From Malacoraja senta (Eukaryota): a stretch of 64,000 nucleotides of DNA. A program made the translations under genes and the position numbers. Location: NCBI GenBank assembly GCA_038087875.1, contig CM075992.1, positions 10,294,001-10,358,000 of the forward strand. The letters are read 5' to 3'. The notes below the pieces were generated by a model. The model was given only the letters and a program-made list of their open reading frames with translations, was not told where the DNA came from and ran no database searches. Positions 1 through 12,125 of the stretch are shown one piece after another. Position 1 is the stretch's first letter. Each line of letters begins with the position of its first letter.

Positions 1-1500
1 TAAAGCAGGTGGAACCTCAGTCCTCAGTAGTGAGAGGTTGAACATGCTCGCAAAAATCCCAGCAGTTGGTCTGCATAGGTTTTGCGAACTCCACCGTGTA
101 TACCATCAGGTCCAGTTGCTTTCCAAAGGGCCGTCCCCTGAATGAACTTCTGTCATCTGCCTCTGTGATTGTAATATCATCAGGGCGTACGGCGGCTCGG
201 GAAGGCACATCAGTACCAAATCGTGCGTCGAACGCATTCAGCTCGTCAGGGAGTAAAGCTTCGCTGCGGCTTGAGCTGCCTCCTGATTTCGCCTTGAAGG
301 AGGTGATGGCAATCGCCCTGCCACAGTTGCCGAACATCAGTTTCATCCTCCATATTAGAGTGGAAGTCCCTTTTGGCCTTTTTGACGGCCTTGTCAAGAT
401 CGTATCTGGACTTCTTATAGACCTCTGTATCGCCAGACCTGAATGTCCGGGATCTGGTCTTCAGAAGAATGCGGATATGTTGGTTAATCCAAGGCTTCTG
501 TTTAGGAAACACTCGGAAGGTTTTTGTCGGTACATTGTCCTCCACACATTTTCTTATGAAGTCTGTAACGACTGTGGCATATTAATTTAGTCCCGTTGCC
601 GAGTCCTTGAACATTGCCCAGTCTACTGACTCCAAGCAGTCCTGTAGTTGTTCCTCTGCCTCCGCAGACCAGCTCTGTGCAGTCCTCACCTCTGGAGGTG
701 CACTCTTCATTTTCTGCCTGTATGCAGGAAGCAGCAGCACCGCTGAATGATCGGATTCGCGAGGAGAGGGCGAGGGATAGAGCGTTTGGCATCCTGGATG
801 ATCGTATAGCAGTGATCAAGGGTGTTTAATCAACTGGTGCAGGAGACATGTTGATGATAGTTTAGGAGTGATTTTTACTGGTTGGTTTTATTGAAGTCCC
901 CGGCTATGTGGTAAACGCCTCGGGTAAGCTGTCTAGTGCTTCTTGGCCAACGCTCCTCCAATGCCAGGCGGCTGTCTGCCTGGGGTGGAATGTAGACCGC
1001 GGTCAGGATGATGGATGTAAATTCCCTCGGGAGGTAGAAAGGGCGGCACCTCACCACCAGATGTTCCAGGTGCGGAGAGCAGGAGTTAGACATAACTGCC
1101 ACGTCGGAGCACCACGAAGAGTTGATCATGAAGAAGACGCCCCTCTTCTCCCTTTCCCAGATGCCTGCGTACGGTCCAGACACTGTTCACAAATCCACAC
1201 ACTCTGATGAGATGGCCAACCGTCTCCTCTCCCTGGTAGCGGTCCCGAGGTCAGCATGTATCGGTGGTAGGAGTCGAACTTTTCAGGAAGGACCTGATTT
1301 GGAGGGTTCAGCTCACCCTCATTCTTACGAGGCCTTGGTGCATGTTGGTGAGTTCTGCTGTTTCACACAAACTGGGCAGTCTGCTCATTGTACCAAGCCA
1401 CAAGTTCCACCGATTCCCTGTCTTGCAATCGGTGCAAGGTGTTCCATGCTGATCGCTGTGCAATTGCCGTGGCCAGAGCTGTTGGTCTGGAAGAACATTT
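1..1500 (-). mobile_element. Degraded Rex1/Babar-type LINE (endonuclease and pre-RT region)
   Basis: Frameshifted minus-strand ORFs: SWCSDV..CSPHLEHLVVRCRPFYLPREFTSIILTAVYIPPQA..IAGDFN (APE endonuclease) and VPTKTFRVFPKQKPWIN..SRYDLDKAVKKAKR, both typical of Rex1/Babar ORF2. Confidence 0.85.
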
Positions 1501-1504
1501 ATAC

Positions 1505-2265
1505 AAAGGATATTTATTGCAAGTCAAGAAACATGGATAGGACGTTTTAGCGAGTTATGCGTGATATATACGGTAGCAAATGGGACTAGTTGAGAGCTAG
1601 CACTTTGGTCGGCATGGACGAGTTGGGCCAAAAGTCAAAAGTAGTTTGGTTGAATTTCGTTTCGTTAATTTAGTTTAGTTTTGTTTAGATCAGTTTGAGG
1701 TTAATTTAGTGAGCGCGGAAACAGGCTCTCCAGCCCGCCTCAAGAGTTGAGGGCTGATGGGTCCCAGCTTGCAAATGTGAAACAGATGGAGTTTGTGTTG
1801 AGGACTGTCGTCCTTCATTTGATTGAATTGACATCACCCATTTTTGTCTTCTTCCAGCAACAAATTACACAAATAGTCTCATAAGAATAGATAACATGCT
1901 TCTGTTAATAAGAGACTGTGTCTAATGAATTTAATTGAGTTTTGCGACGACGTAACAATAAATATTAGCGAGGGCAATGCTGTATAATTGACTTCATGGA
2001 AACACGCAGAGGGTGGTAGTGGAACTTTAATTTATTGCCTGGATCAATTCTGGGGCCATATATGTTTGTACTTTATATCCACCATTTGAATATACATGTA
2101 CGAGATTTGATTAATACGTTTTCAGATGATAATAAAACAGATGGTTTGACAGGTGAATAACTGAGCTGCATGGTGGCAAACATATTTTAATACAAGGTGT
2201 TGCATTTTAAGAAGTCAAATCGGGCCAAGACTTTCACAGTAAATGTAAGGGCATTCGGAGCTGTT
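1505..2265 (+). mobile_element. Highly degraded CR1 LINE fragments
   Basis: CR1-like 3' end (atggataggac...aaatgggactag...ggcatggacgagttgggcc) and RT-like remnants resembling the better preserved CR1 copies in the window. Confidence 0.6.
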
Positions 2266-2267
2266 GC

Positions 2268-3020
2268 CGATACGATACAATACGATATAACTTTATTTAT
2301 CCCTGGACGAAAATTGGTCTGCCAACAGTCATAAAATCACAAAAAACGCCAAACACATGGGACATGAAATTAAAGTGACGAGTGGAAAGGATTGGGGATG
2401 TGGAAAGATTGGGGGGGGGGGGCAGTGTCACTCCGTATATCCCACGACAAAAGGGGAGGTGTTGTACAGTTTGATAGCCACAGGGAAGAAGGATCTCCTG
2501 TGGCGTTCTGTGGAACCAGTCTTTTGCTGAAGGTACTCCTCAAGTTGTCCAGTGTGTCATGGAGGGAGGTGAGCTGTATTGTCCATGATGCTCCGCAGTT
2601 TTAGAAACATTCTCCTCCAATCACCTCCCATGAATCCAACTCCGCCACCACGATGGAGCCAGCCTTCCCGATGTTTGTTAATTCTATTGGCGTCCGCGAC
2701 GTTCGCCCTGCTGCTCCAGCACACGGCAGCGGAGAAGATGGCAACGAATACCATCGATTGGTAGAAATTCTGCAGCATCTTACTGAACCTTCTCCATAAT
2801 TAGCACCGCCTCGGTCCCTTCTCGTATAGAGGGCCTCAGCGTTCCTGGACCAGTACTCCCTGGTAAACTGCACATCCACATCGTTGATGCAGACAGGGGA
2901 CAGGGATGTTCCTCTCCTCCTAAAGTCCACCATAAACTCATTAATCTTGTCGGTATTGAGCTGCAAGTGATTCAGCCCACACTAATCAACAAAGTAGTTG
3001 ACTACACGTCTGTATTCAGC
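2268..3020 (-). mobile_element. Rex1/Babar-type LINE 3' portion
   Basis: ORFs LQLNTDKINEFMVDFRR and MLQNFYQSMV..AAVCW..LRSIMDNTAH; short-repeat tail (gatac)n plus AATAAA on the minus strand near 2270-2300. Confidence 0.8.
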
Positions 3021-3084
3021 CTTACTGAAGCAGCCCACAATTGTAGAGTAATCTGAAAACTTCTACAGGTGGCAAAATCCGAGT

Positions 3085-3760
3085 TATATCTGAAGTAGAA
3101 AAGGTCTTCACATGAACAAGTACATGAATCTTCCAAAGTGGCATCATACGTAGATAAGATTGACATGGTTTGGTACATTGGCTTTCATAAGGTAGTGTAT
3201 TGAGTATAGAAGTTACGATGTTATCATTGAGTTCTACTATACGCGGGTGAGGCCGTATTTGGAGTATTGGTTTCCGTTTTGGATACCCTGCTGGAGGATG
3301 GATGTCACTAAGCTGGATTGAGTGTAGAGATGATTTACGATGATGCTGCAAGGACCAGTGGCTTGATTTAATTGGAGAGATTTGATGGACTGCGACGTTA
3401 TTGCTTGGAGCGCAATATGATCGTATAGACTGCCATAAACTAAGGAGGGAAATTGATGGGATAAATGCACAATCTTTTACCTAGAGTATGGAACACAAGA
3501 AAGAGATAACATAGGTTTGTGAGAGTGGAAATATTTAATAGGATGATGAGAAGCAACCGGTGCATTCAGCAGTTATATGGAACAAGCGGCCAGAGGGGGT
3601 AGTTAAGCAGACTTTTATATCTGCATCTAAAATATCTTGGAGCGGTACATGGGTAGGGGAGGTTCAGAGAGATATGGTCCAGTGGCCGGCAAAGACCATG
3701 AACTTACGTAGCGTATCTTGGTCGCCGTGGTCGTGTTTCCTGTGTTGTATGACAATGACT
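3085..3760 (+). mobile_element. Degraded CR1 LINE 3' part
   Basis: gtgaggccgtatttggagtattg (RPxLEY motif) and downstream CR1 3' region similar to 32640-33120. Confidence 0.7.
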
Positions 3761-4244
3761 ACTCTTTGGCTGAGTCGGTGTGCCACGGAATTGCATCCTA
3801 AAAATCTAGGGCATCAGAATGCGTTGTTTCAGATGACATGGAGCAGGTCCTGCTTCCCTATCTCATACGAGGTGGTGTTCGTCCTGCCACCGTAGGGTGC
3901 ATTGCATGTTTCTTCCTCTGCCCCGTTATTACAGCGTATCTTTCTGTGCAGCTGAAATATTTTCCAGCAACATTTGGTGCGTGAGGGCCAATGAGTGCGT
4001 CCAGCAAATACAGGCTAACAAGGGTACCATCAATGTGGTATATTTGCTTATGGAGTTAGGTAAGACATACATTTATATTTACTTGGAAAGGCGGGGGATG
4101 TTTACAAAAAATCACCATGGTTTTCTGTACAGGGGATAATGTCTCAGAAAACTAGCTGACATTTTGTTTTGATGAGATTACTAAGAAAATTGTTTTTGTC
4201 TCAAGGCAACAGAGCTAGGAATTAGAAATATTGAAAGATTAAAA

Positions 4245-4630
4245 AAACACTGCAAATAGGGACAGGAGGAGGCCATTTGGACCTTCGAGCCAGCATCGCC
4301 ATTCATTGTGATCATGGCTGATCATCCACAATCAGTAACCCTTGCCTGCCTTCTTCCAATATCCCTTGATTCCTCCAACCACTGGAGCCCTATCTAACTA
4401 CCGCTAGCCCCTAGAGCTCTGTTTTTTTTTATTATTTTAAAAAAATATATATATATTTTTTAATTATTTTTATTAGAAGTACGGTAAATTACAATAATAC
4501 ACAACACTTATATCTTAATACATTTTTTATACCGCTTCATTTTTTTGAGCTTTAAGAGAAAGATAGAAGTAAGAAAAGTAAAGAAAGTGCGCAAGAGTCG
4601 TGAAGTGCCTAGAGCTCTGTTTAACTCTAT
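4245..4630 (-). mobile_element. CR1 3'-end fragment interrupted by a short insertion
   Basis: ggaggccatttggaccttcgagccagcatcgccattcattgtgatcatggctgatc matches the CR1 3' ends at ~29540 and ~40280. Confidence 0.8.
4425..4607 (-). mobile_element. Short poly(A)-tailed retroposed insertion with 15-bp TSD
   Basis: CCTAGAGCTCTGTTT at 4410-4424 and 4608-4622 flanks a segment that starts with T-rich tracts (poly-A on the minus strand). Confidence 0.75.
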
Positions 4631-4967
4631 TAGAGGCCCGGAATTACGGAGGCTGCTTCAATGGAAGCTGAGGACCAGGGGAACTCATTCCAGCTGGGGG
4701 GAGGGGGGTGGGGAATAGGAAACGATAATTAAATTGCGCGGCACTGAGGAGACACGTGATGGGGATAGCTCCACGGTAGATTAATCGAAGTGTCCTTGCA
4801 AGAGAACGGGTGCAGTTATTGCAACGATGCACCTCAGTGGGGTTGTCGATGGCGGACAGTTCATTTTAGTTTATTGTCACGTGTACCGATGTACAGTGAA
4901 AAAACTTTGTTGCTTGGTGTCCATTCAGCGGAAAGACAATAGAAGATTACATATAAAGACAATATAT

Positions 4968-6185
4968 GATTGCATGATTTCACCACTAACTTCCATCCGG
5001 CACTCAAATTCACCTGGACCATTTCCCGACATTTCCCTACCATTTCTAGACCTCACTATCCCCATCGCAGGTAATAGACTGTTGACCGACATTTACTATA
5101 AACCCACTGACTCCCATGGCTATCTCGACTGCACTTCTTCCCACCCTGCTTCCTGTAAGAACTCCATCCGCTACTCCCAATTTATCCGTCTACGCCGCAT
5201 CTGCACCCAGGATGAGTTGTTCCAAACCAGGGCATCGGAGATGTCCTCATTCTTCAGGGAACGGGGGTTCCCCTCTTCTACTGTATATAAGATTCTCACC
5301 AGGGTCTCTTCTATTCCCCGTAACTCTGCTCTCACTCCCCATCTTCCCACTCGTAACAAGGGCAGAGTCCCCCTAGACCTCACCTTCCACTCTACCAGCC
5401 GTCACATACGCCAAATAATCCTCCGACATTTTCGCCACCTCCCGCACTGGCCACATCTTCCCATCTCCTCCATTGTCTGCTTTCCGCAGAGACCGCTCCC
5501 TCCGTAACTCGCTGGTCAATTCGTCCCTTCCCATCCAAAACCACACCCGCTCCTGGCACTTTCCATTGCAACCGCAGGAAATGCTACACTTGTCGCTTAC
5601 CCTCCCCCCCTTGACTCCATTCAAGGACCCAAGCAGTCTTTCCAGGTGCGGCAGAGGTTCACGTGCACCTCCTACAACCTCATCTATTGCACCGCTGTTT
5701 TAGGTGTCAGTTGCTCTATATCGGTGAGACCAAGCGTAGGCTTTGCGATCGCTTCGCCCAACACCTGCGCTCTGTTCGCAATAACCAACCTGATCTCCCG
5801 GTGGCTCAACATTTCATCTCCCCCTCCCATTCCAAATCCGACCTTTCTGTCGTGTGCCTCCTCCATGGCCAGAGTGAGGACCACCGTAAATTAGAGGAGC
5901 AGCACCTCATATTTCGCTTGGGCAGTTTACACCCCAGCGGTATGAACATTGACTTCTCCAATTTCAGTTAGTCCCTGCTTTTTCCTCCCCTTCCCGGCTC
6001 TCCCTCAGCCCACCGCCTCCTCCTTTCTTCTTCCCGCCCCACCATCACATCAAGTCTGAAGAAGGGTCTCGACCTGAACCGTCGCCTATTTCCTTCGCTC
6101 CATAGATGCTGCCTCGTCCGCTGAGTTTCTCCAGCATTTTTTTTAATCTACCTTCGATTTTCCAGCATCTGCAGTTCCTTTTAAA
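4968..6185 (+). mobile_element. Penelope-like element 3' portion (RT C-terminus plus GIY-YIG endonuclease), frameshifted
   Basis: FLDLTI..TDIYYKPTDSHGYLDCTSSHP..SQFIRLRRIC (PLE RT thumb); LLYIGETKRRLCDRFAQH..VAQHF..HS (GIY-YIG); typical PLE tail gatgctgcc..gctgagtttctccagca. Confidence 0.9.
6056..6084 (+). ncRNA. Degenerate minimal hammerhead ribozyme motif in the PLE 3' region
   Basis: CTGAAGA + GGTC-TC-GACC stem + GAAC (consensus GAAA) + CGTC; minimal hammerheads are known from Penelope-like elements. Confidence 0.55.
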
Positions 6186-6949
6186 ACATAATTACTATCG
6201 GGACATTTACAGTCTATAAATACATGATAAGGGAATAACATTTAGTGCAAGGTAAACCCAGCATAGTCCGATCGTGGAAAGTCCAAGAATCTCTACCGAG
6301 GTAGAAAGTAGTTCAGCGCTGCCCTCTGGTTGCGGTAGGTTGATACAGTTTCCTGATAACAGCTGGGATGAAACTGTCACAGTGCGCATCAAGTGTGTTT
6401 CACTACTGCTCATTGATGCCCACGCAGTGAACAACTCTTCTATTCTCTTTAATGAAATATGTTTTCGGTGCCTCGACGATACTCTGCAGACAGGGAGATT
6501 ATCTGCTGACACGTTCACGATAATGTAAACATTTATACAGTCACATACATTTGGCAGCTATAACATACGAGAGGGAAAGGACAATTTGTATTAACAGAAT
6601 TACAGAGCATTCGGTGCACTTAATGGAATATCTTCCGTTGCACAAACCTCGCTTAAATCTACATTAACCATTTTCCCACTGTTCTTAGTGGCCAGTAAGT
6701 TTGCGAAGCAAAACTAAGCACCCTTCAGCAGCAATATCACAATAAAATAAACTGCCGAGCAACTTCAAACATGAAGGGGAATAACACTTCCGACAGCGCA
6801 CATTCACGACCGGTTGAGAGCATAAATTGAAGGAAGCTTACATTAATTCGTAGTCTCCACGTTCGCCACATTGTCTCTACATTCACAGATGACGAGATGC
6901 AAACATTACGTTATTGCAGGATGTTTGTCGAGTGAGGATTACGTCAATT

Positions 6950-7640
6950 CAGTTCTCTCTCCCTTCTCTCTCTCAATTTTCTCTCTCTCCCCCTACTCTC
7001 TCTCCCTCCCCTCTCTCTCCCCCCCTCTCTCTCCCCCTTCTCTCTCTCCTCCTCTCACCCCCTTCTCTCCCTTCTCCTCTCCCCCCTCTCTCCCTTCTCC
7101 CTCTCCCCTTCCCACTTTCCCTCCCCTCTTCTCTCTCCCTTCTCTCTCTCTCCTCCCTTCTCTCCCCCTCACCTCTCTCCCTCCCCTCTCTCTCCCTTTC
7201 TCTCTCTCCTCCTCTCTCTTCCCTCATCTCTCTCCTCTTCTCTCTCCCCCTCTTATCTCTCCCCCTTTCCTCTCTCTCCCCTTCCCTCTTTTTCTTCCCT
7301 TATCTCTCTCTTTCCCCCTCTCTCTCCCTTCTCTCTCCTCTTCTCTCCCTCTCTCTTTCTCTCTCCCCCTCTCTCTCCCATTCTCTCTTTCTCTCACCTC
7401 TTTTCTCTCTCCTCTTCTCTCTCCCCTCCTCTCTAGCCCCCTCTCTCTCCCTTCTCTCTCTCCCCTTCTATCTTTCTTTCTTCTCCTTTCCCACCCCCTC
7501 TCTCCCTTCTCTCTCTCCCTTCTCTCTTCCCTCCTCTCTCTCCTCGCTCTCCCATTCTCTCTTTATCTCCCCTTCTCTCTCCCCCTCTCTCCCTTCTCTC
7601 TCTCCCTTCTCTCGCTCTCTCTCCTTCTCTCTCTCCCCCA
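6950..7640. repeat. Degenerate (CT)n polypyrimidine tract
   Basis: About 690 bp almost entirely C/T. Confidence 0.95.
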
Positions 7641-7799
7641 CATGCAGAGCGGCTATGGAAGTTGAGAAAATTGGCACTGACAGCAAACATAGACACAAAA
7701 ATGCTGACCGGGAATTGAGGCAATTCATGCCTCTAAGAGCGCAAACTTGAAAAGTATTGGCGATTCACAGAACCATTCCGTTAAATCTAATCAGCATTC

Positions 7800-9385
7800 G
7801 ATTTATCGGAATGGGAGAATAGCGATGAAGTTAAGGGGAAGGAGGACGCAGAGAGTTTATTGCGATTTCCAGGATAAGAAATAGGATAGGACTTTGAGAA
7901 ATGGATAAGGGTATAACGGCAGACAACGTGGGTACCAATTTGAAAAGAAGGTCTTATATCACATGACGCTGTGTAAGAAACAAGGCGTATAAGCCTATAG
8001 TAAAGTTAGAAATATGCAGATACGACATTGCGGCATCACAGATATCATGGCTGAAAGAGAATCAGATTTGGGATCTGAACATCCCATGACAAATATCCTA
8101 TCGAAAACTCCGACAGGTCGTGATGGGTGATGAGGTGGCTTGGATGCTAAGGAATCAAAACAAATCCTTACTGAAAAATAAGATAGGATCAGAAGATGTA
8201 GAATCATTGTTGCTACAGCAAATGTAGAAAATGTCACAATAGGAGTTAGATACAGGGTTCAAAGCAGTAGCAATTGTTCAGGGTACCCATTACATCAGGA
8301 GGTAGAAAAGGCATTTAACAAAGGCAATGATCCTGTAGTCATGATGGATTTCATTGTGCAACTAGACTGGGAAAATGAGTTAGGCATTGAAATCCAAGAG
8401 AAATAATTTGACTTGAGACAATAGAGAATAGACAATATAAATAATTTGAGTTGGCTTCTTTGAGCAGCTGCTGGTCGCACATTAGGTAATAGGCAAATCT
8501 GCATTTGGGTTTGTGCAATAAACCAGATTTGACGCGGGTGCTTAGGGTGAAACAAACACAAGCAGGCAGTGAGCAGAATTTGATAGATGTCAACCTGCAG
8601 TCTGAAAGGGAGAAGGCAGAATTAGATATATCGGTGTCACAGTTGAGGAAAGTTAATTAGCGACACTCGAGAGAGGAGTTGGCTAAAGTTAATTAAAAGG
8701 ACGCTGGAGAAGGAATGACGGTAGGTCAGCAATAGCAGGATTTTCTGTGCGTAATTTGAACGATGCAGCATCGTTTCATCCCAAAGTGGAAGAAATATAC
8801 CAAAGGGAGAAAGAGGCGACAATGTTAGACACAGGAAGGCAAATACAACATGAAAGCAAAAGAGAAGGCGTTCAATATGGCAATTGTGTCAGATTCTAGA
8901 GGATTCGGAGAGTGATTTATTGAAGGTGAGCTAGCAAATAATACAAAACGAGTATATAGTTTTTCACGTATATCTGACGAGTAAAAGAGAGGCAAGAGTG
9001 TATATTGGACTGCTGAAAAATGACGTTGGAGCAGCAATAATGGGGCACAAATAAATGGCGGACAAACCGACATTTTGTTTCGTAGTCTTCACAGTGGAAA
9101 ATACCATCGAAGTGCACGGAATTTAAGGGAGTCAGATGCTGGAAATTAGCACAGTCGCTATTACTAAGGGGCAGATGATTGGGAGGTCGTTTGGTCCGAA
9201 GGTGGGTAGCTCACATGCAGCAGATGGACTACACCCCAGGGTTCTAAAAGCGGTAGCAGAAGGGATTGTGGAGACATTACATGTGATATTTGGAGAATTA
9301 CCAGAGTCATGAATGTCTCCATAGAACGGGGGCACCAGAAAGGTAAGTACACTATTTAAAAAAGGAGCGATGCAAATAAGATCAA
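7800..9385 (+). mobile_element. Old degraded CR1 LINE (endonuclease to early RT)
   Basis: Remnants colinear with the CR1 at 29490-34770 (e.g. gatggactacaccccagggttctaaaag, DGLHPRVL); many stops. Confidence 0.7.
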
Positions 9386-10124
9386 CTGCAAATGGGAAAA
9401 AAGACACTTCATATTTCTCTTGGTTTGTTGACAGCTTACAGTATTGACATTGCACATTCCCAGTTACAATGACGACTCATATTACACTATCTTCCCCCAC
9501 ACTGTTCCACAACGATTACTCCCACTGTTTGCCCCCCATCCCCCAGTCACACTGTGTCTGTTCCTTCTTACGCATTTCTCCAAATCCCGAGACTCAAATT
9601 CCTCTCCAAATTTATATCCCTCCTTCTTGCTTTAGATTTATATCCTCTTCTCTCAAATCTGACATTCTTTTGTGTTCTCTGTCACTTGCTCCGTCCACCT
9701 GCTAAACATGTATCGATCCAATTTGCACTTTCTATTCTCCCCATCTCTCTTTTCCAGCTATCTCCCTTCTTCTGCAATTAGCGCAAAGAAGGTCCCCGAA
9801 ACGAATTATCGCCTGCCTATTCTCTGTCCTGATGCTGCCTGGCTCGCTGAGTTCCTCCAGCAATTAATGTTTTGCTTACGATCGATGTTTGCATTATGGT
9901 CTATTGACGAAGTGGGCTGTCTGCAGTGCATCGGCAAGGAACGACAAGGAACTGCATGCTGACTGCCCAAGGCTCTCGGGGACCAGGGCTCCATTGCCCG
10001 AAGTCTCAAAGACCAGAGTAAAGCAGTCAACGTGCAGACACATCAGTAAGAAAATATGATTGCGACATGGTATGCAGAAATAGTCTGCCGGGACATCGAA
10101 GTAATGCTAATCAACCTACATTGT

Positions 10125-10510
10125 CATAGAATCATAGTCATAGAATGATACAGTGTGGAAACAGGTCTATCGGCCCAACCTAGCCCACACCGCCCAATAT
10201 GTCGCAGCTACACTGGTCCCACCTGCTGCGCTTGGGCCATATCCTCCCCAATCCGTTCTATCCATGTACCTGTCTAACTGTTTCTGAAACGTTGGGATAG
10301 TCCCAGCCTCAACCACCTCCTCTGGAAGATTGTTCCATACACCCACCACCCTTTGTGTGAAAAGGTTACCCTTCGAATTGCTCTTAAATCCTTTCCCTTC
10401 ACCATGAACCTACTGTATGTCCTCTGCTCCTCGATTCCCCTATTCCGGGCAAGAGACTGTGCATCTAACCAATCTGTGCATCTCATGATTTTAAACACCT
10501 CTATAAGGCC
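10125..10510 (-). mobile_element. CR1 LINE 3' end
   Basis: ORFs FKIMR.. and VGVWNNLPEEVVEAGTIPTFQKQLDRYMDR, the CR1 ORF2 C-terminus; short-repeat tail (catag)n. Confidence 0.9.
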
Positions 10511-11789
10511 AATGTGTCAAAAGCCACCTGCGACTCGCCCTTCAAGGAACCATTCACCCGCACGCCTATATCACTCTGGTCCTGCATACTTCACAGTGGC
10601 CTACAATTCACGGTGCAGTTCCTTCCCTTGTTAGACATCCCAAAATGGAACACCTCACAATCCCAGTTTAAGAATGAACTGCAACTGCTGGTTTAAAACG
10701 AAGATAGACACGGAAACATGCTGCCTGTCCCGCTGAGTTACTCCAGCTTTTGTGTGTATATTTACATTTGTTACATCAGTTGATTCCCATTAGATTGTGC
10801 GACACGTTCCTGGTAAATTTGCCAATTGCATGAAATTGAATAGTTCTGATATTTTTGTTGAATATCTGATTAATTGAGCCTGGACACGTTGCAAGAATCA
10901 GGCGGACATGAATACCGCTGACAAGGAGGCGTGCCTGGAAGTTGAAGACGCTGGCTCTTTCAGCGTCTAGATCCAGTGTAACGAGCTAAACTTGTAATGA
11001 AGCCCAAGCGCACACGTGTATTGCTGACGAGTCCATGTCGGCTAGGTTAATCATGCTGGCAACTGATCGATGTTCCCGTGCCAATCAGGAATTGTCGAAC
11101 CCAAGGGCGTGCGGCATGGAACAAATCCACATCATATCCCTGTATGAAGTATCGTAACAAGTCGTTTAACTTCCTATTCAGTTCTTTATTGAACATATAA
11201 GTCGAAGATCCAACGTAAGCTTCTGTACAGTCTCCGTTGGATATCCAACTGCCGGTGGCGCACTTGAGCACCGAGCTTATTAGCTAGCTGCATTCCAATG
11301 GAAGTTATTATGAAAAGCTAGCATGGACCTTACCAGCTATATAGTGACTGGTCTACATCCTCCTTCTCTAGCATCTGCCTCATAACTGAAACAATCATTC
11401 ACATATGTGAGACAGCAAAACGCTATGAACACATACAAAAATGTGACTAGCAACTATGGCAAAGCAAAACAATTAAATTAGCGTTGGTTAAAGTAAACCC
11501 ATTTAGACATAGTCTTTGTGGTGACAGGTTTCACATCGTCTCAATGATTTAGCCCTCGATAGTCACTGATAACCGAGGATCATAACGTAATTTTACTTCG
11601 GAGTCACGTGAGTGACTACGTGAAGAGCCAGCCAGCCCGCATGCGCGTCATATCGTCTATCGCATTGCGCAACGACTGGCTGGAGGCGCGTTGCTCCACT
11701 AGCGGTATGTTTCAAACCTGAAGGTAAGTTTTCAACTTATTTCCAGGTCGGTTTTTCCTTGCAGGAACCTCGTTACAGAGTTACTGCTG

Positions 11790-12125
11790 GAGACGTTCCG
11801 GGGTCGAAATCCCTGCTCCGCGGGGAAACCCGGCTCGAGGAAACCCGACCACGGATATCGCGGGGAAGCCCGCCTACAGGGACCGCGGAGGTAGCTCGGC
11901 TGCGGAAACCGCGGGGAAACTCGGCTCGGGGAAGTCCGGCTGCGGGGACCGCATGAAAACACAAGACCGCGGGAAAACCCGGCTACGGGGACCGTGGGAA
12001 GACCGCGGGGAACCTGGCTTGGGGAAACCCGGCTACGGGGACCGTGGAAATACCGCGGGGAACCCGGCTCGGGGAAACCCGGCTACGGGGACCGTGGGAA
12101 GACACGGCTACGGACCGCGGAAGTG
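11790..12125. repeat. GC-rich tandem repeats inside the DIRS 5' region
   Basis: Repeated ggggaaacccggct(a)cggggaccg(c/t)gg units. Confidence 0.85.

Noticed and set aside
6871..7750. Ser/Leu/Pro-rich and Arg/Glu-rich ORFs
   Set aside because: Translations of the CT/AG tract. The same applies to ORFs at 38667-39803, 41615-42566 (repeat part), 49568-51784 and 55393-57597.
9926..10052. Possible internal exon (cag...CA|gtaaga) with one open frame
   Set aside because: Peptide not recognisable, weak acceptor and no partner exons.
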